Shown piece after piece: positions 63,060 to 64,000 of a stretch of DNA of 64,000 nt. Source of the stretch: Octopus bimaculoides (lineage: Eukaryota). Every line of letters begins with the position of its first letter. Within the stretch, counting starts at the first letter, position 1. The stretch covers positions 36,775,535-36,839,534 of the forward strand of contig NC_069002.1 in NCBI RefSeq assembly GCF_001194135.2, in the 5' to 3' direction. Position numbers and translations under genes: made by a program. The notes beneath the pieces were generated by a model that was not told the origin of the DNA, ran no database searches, and saw only the letters and a program-made list of their open reading frames with translations.

Positions 63060-63255
63060 GGTGCGGCTGTCTGGTAAGAAGCTTGCTTCCCAACCACCTG
63101 GTTCTGGGTTCAGCCCCACCGTGTGGCACCTTGGGCAAGTGTCTTCCTTCATAGCCTCAGGCCAACCAAAGCCTTGTAGGTGGTTTTGGTAGACAGCCCT
63201 TTGAGGCAGTACTCCAGCATGGCCACAGTCAAATGACTGAAATAAGTTAAAGAAT
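63060..63255 (+). mobile_element. SINE family A, internally deleted, head-to-head with the previous copy
   Basis: Head plus CCAGCATGGCCACAGTCAAATGACTGAAA tail. Confidence 0.75.
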
Positions 63256-63981
63256 AATAAATATATATATATATATGGGAGAGAGATCTGTTCTTCAACA
63301 GTGAGTATACCATTAGCATGTGCACTCCTAACATAATCTTCAGGCATAACCAGTATGATGCAGGGTTGATGCATGCAATTTGAGTTACAGGTACAGTCCT
63401 GATGGGATTCCACACACTTTCTGTTGACCCAGTTTCACTCATGAGGCTTGGGTCAACCCAAGGTTATGATAAAAGACACCCTAGATGCCATCCTCTAGAA
63501 TCGAGTCCAATGCATCATTATTATTATTATTGTGAAGCAAATTTCTTAATCATTTGGTTAGGGTTGTGTGTGTGTGTGTATAAACCTGGAACTTGATTCT
63601 GAGGTTTGCAGATTAACTTATAACTTATTTTGAATTGTCATTTACCTTCTACAGCTTATTGAAAGTTTTACAAATATTATACTAATGGTTGATCTAAATT
63701 ACCTCTCTGTCACTTGTGGTTATAATCACTACATATCTTTGTAATTTCTCTTTTTAATGTTATGCATCAACCTTTGGCTCTCCTTGGTGGTATAATGCTA
63801 CCTTTTAACCAATATTGATGATATCACAGGAACATAAAGCTGAAAGAATTTAGTCTCTGCATCTCCCCTCGTACTTCCTTGTTGAGCACTTGTTTCACTT
63901 TTATATAAGGATGGTTGATTGCCAATATGTTCTTATCTTTGTTGCCTGAGATATTGTTAAAAATTTTTGTATTTTGTACAG

Positions 63982-64000
63982 TTCTACGACGGACAGATCT
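63982..64000 (+). CDS. CSNK1D/E: Probable start of the next CK1 tail exon, truncated by the window edge (phase 1 reading I-L-R-R-T-D...)
   Basis: TTTTTGTATTTTGTACAG acceptor ending 63981, then an abrupt switch to CpG-containing sequence; no stop in the phase-1 frame. Only 19 nt are visible. Confidence 0.4.

Noticed and set aside
1-64000. CRISPR arrays, rRNA, intact tRNA genes, prokaryotic operons
   Set aside because: None seen. The DNA is eukaryotic and intron-rich, the dispersed repeats are SINE/MITE copies rather than regularly spaced arrays, and the tRNA-like segments are SINE heads without a full cloverleaf.

Overview
AT-rich, microsatellite-laden, gapped eukaryotic genomic DNA. The repeat families, intron sizes and (TA)n/(CA)n density suggest an octopus/coleoid cephalopod assembly (inference, not proven). 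The only host protein gene I can support is a + strand casein kinase I delta/epsilon orthologue (CSNK1D/E, doubletime-like). It has seven coding exons (17130-17205, 41588-41698, 49777-49925, 53676-53904, 55514-55684, 57857-58005, 58550-58691) encoding residues 1-342. There is also a probable non-coding first exon/promoter near 15.6-15.86 kb and a probable further exon starting at 63982; the gene runs off the right edge. Nearly all ORF-track entries are artefacts of microsatellites, N-gaps or repeats. The rest is transposon-derived: several tRNA-head SINE families, RTE-LINE fragments and tails, piggyBac-like TTAA MITEs, a fold-back mariner and palindromic MITEs. Best second-look items: (1) a type I hammerhead ribozyme with an intact catalytic core on the minus strand at 9324-9412, paired head-to-head with a decayed copy; (2) three substitutions at normally highly conserved CK1 positions (C71G, L102P, P166S); (3) a splice-created uORF overlapping the CK1 start codon; (4) candidate in-frame and terminal alternative splicing of the autoinhibitory tail; (5) several long intronic hairpins that would be strong dsRNA/ADAR substrates. 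Repeat boundaries are approximate (read by eye).
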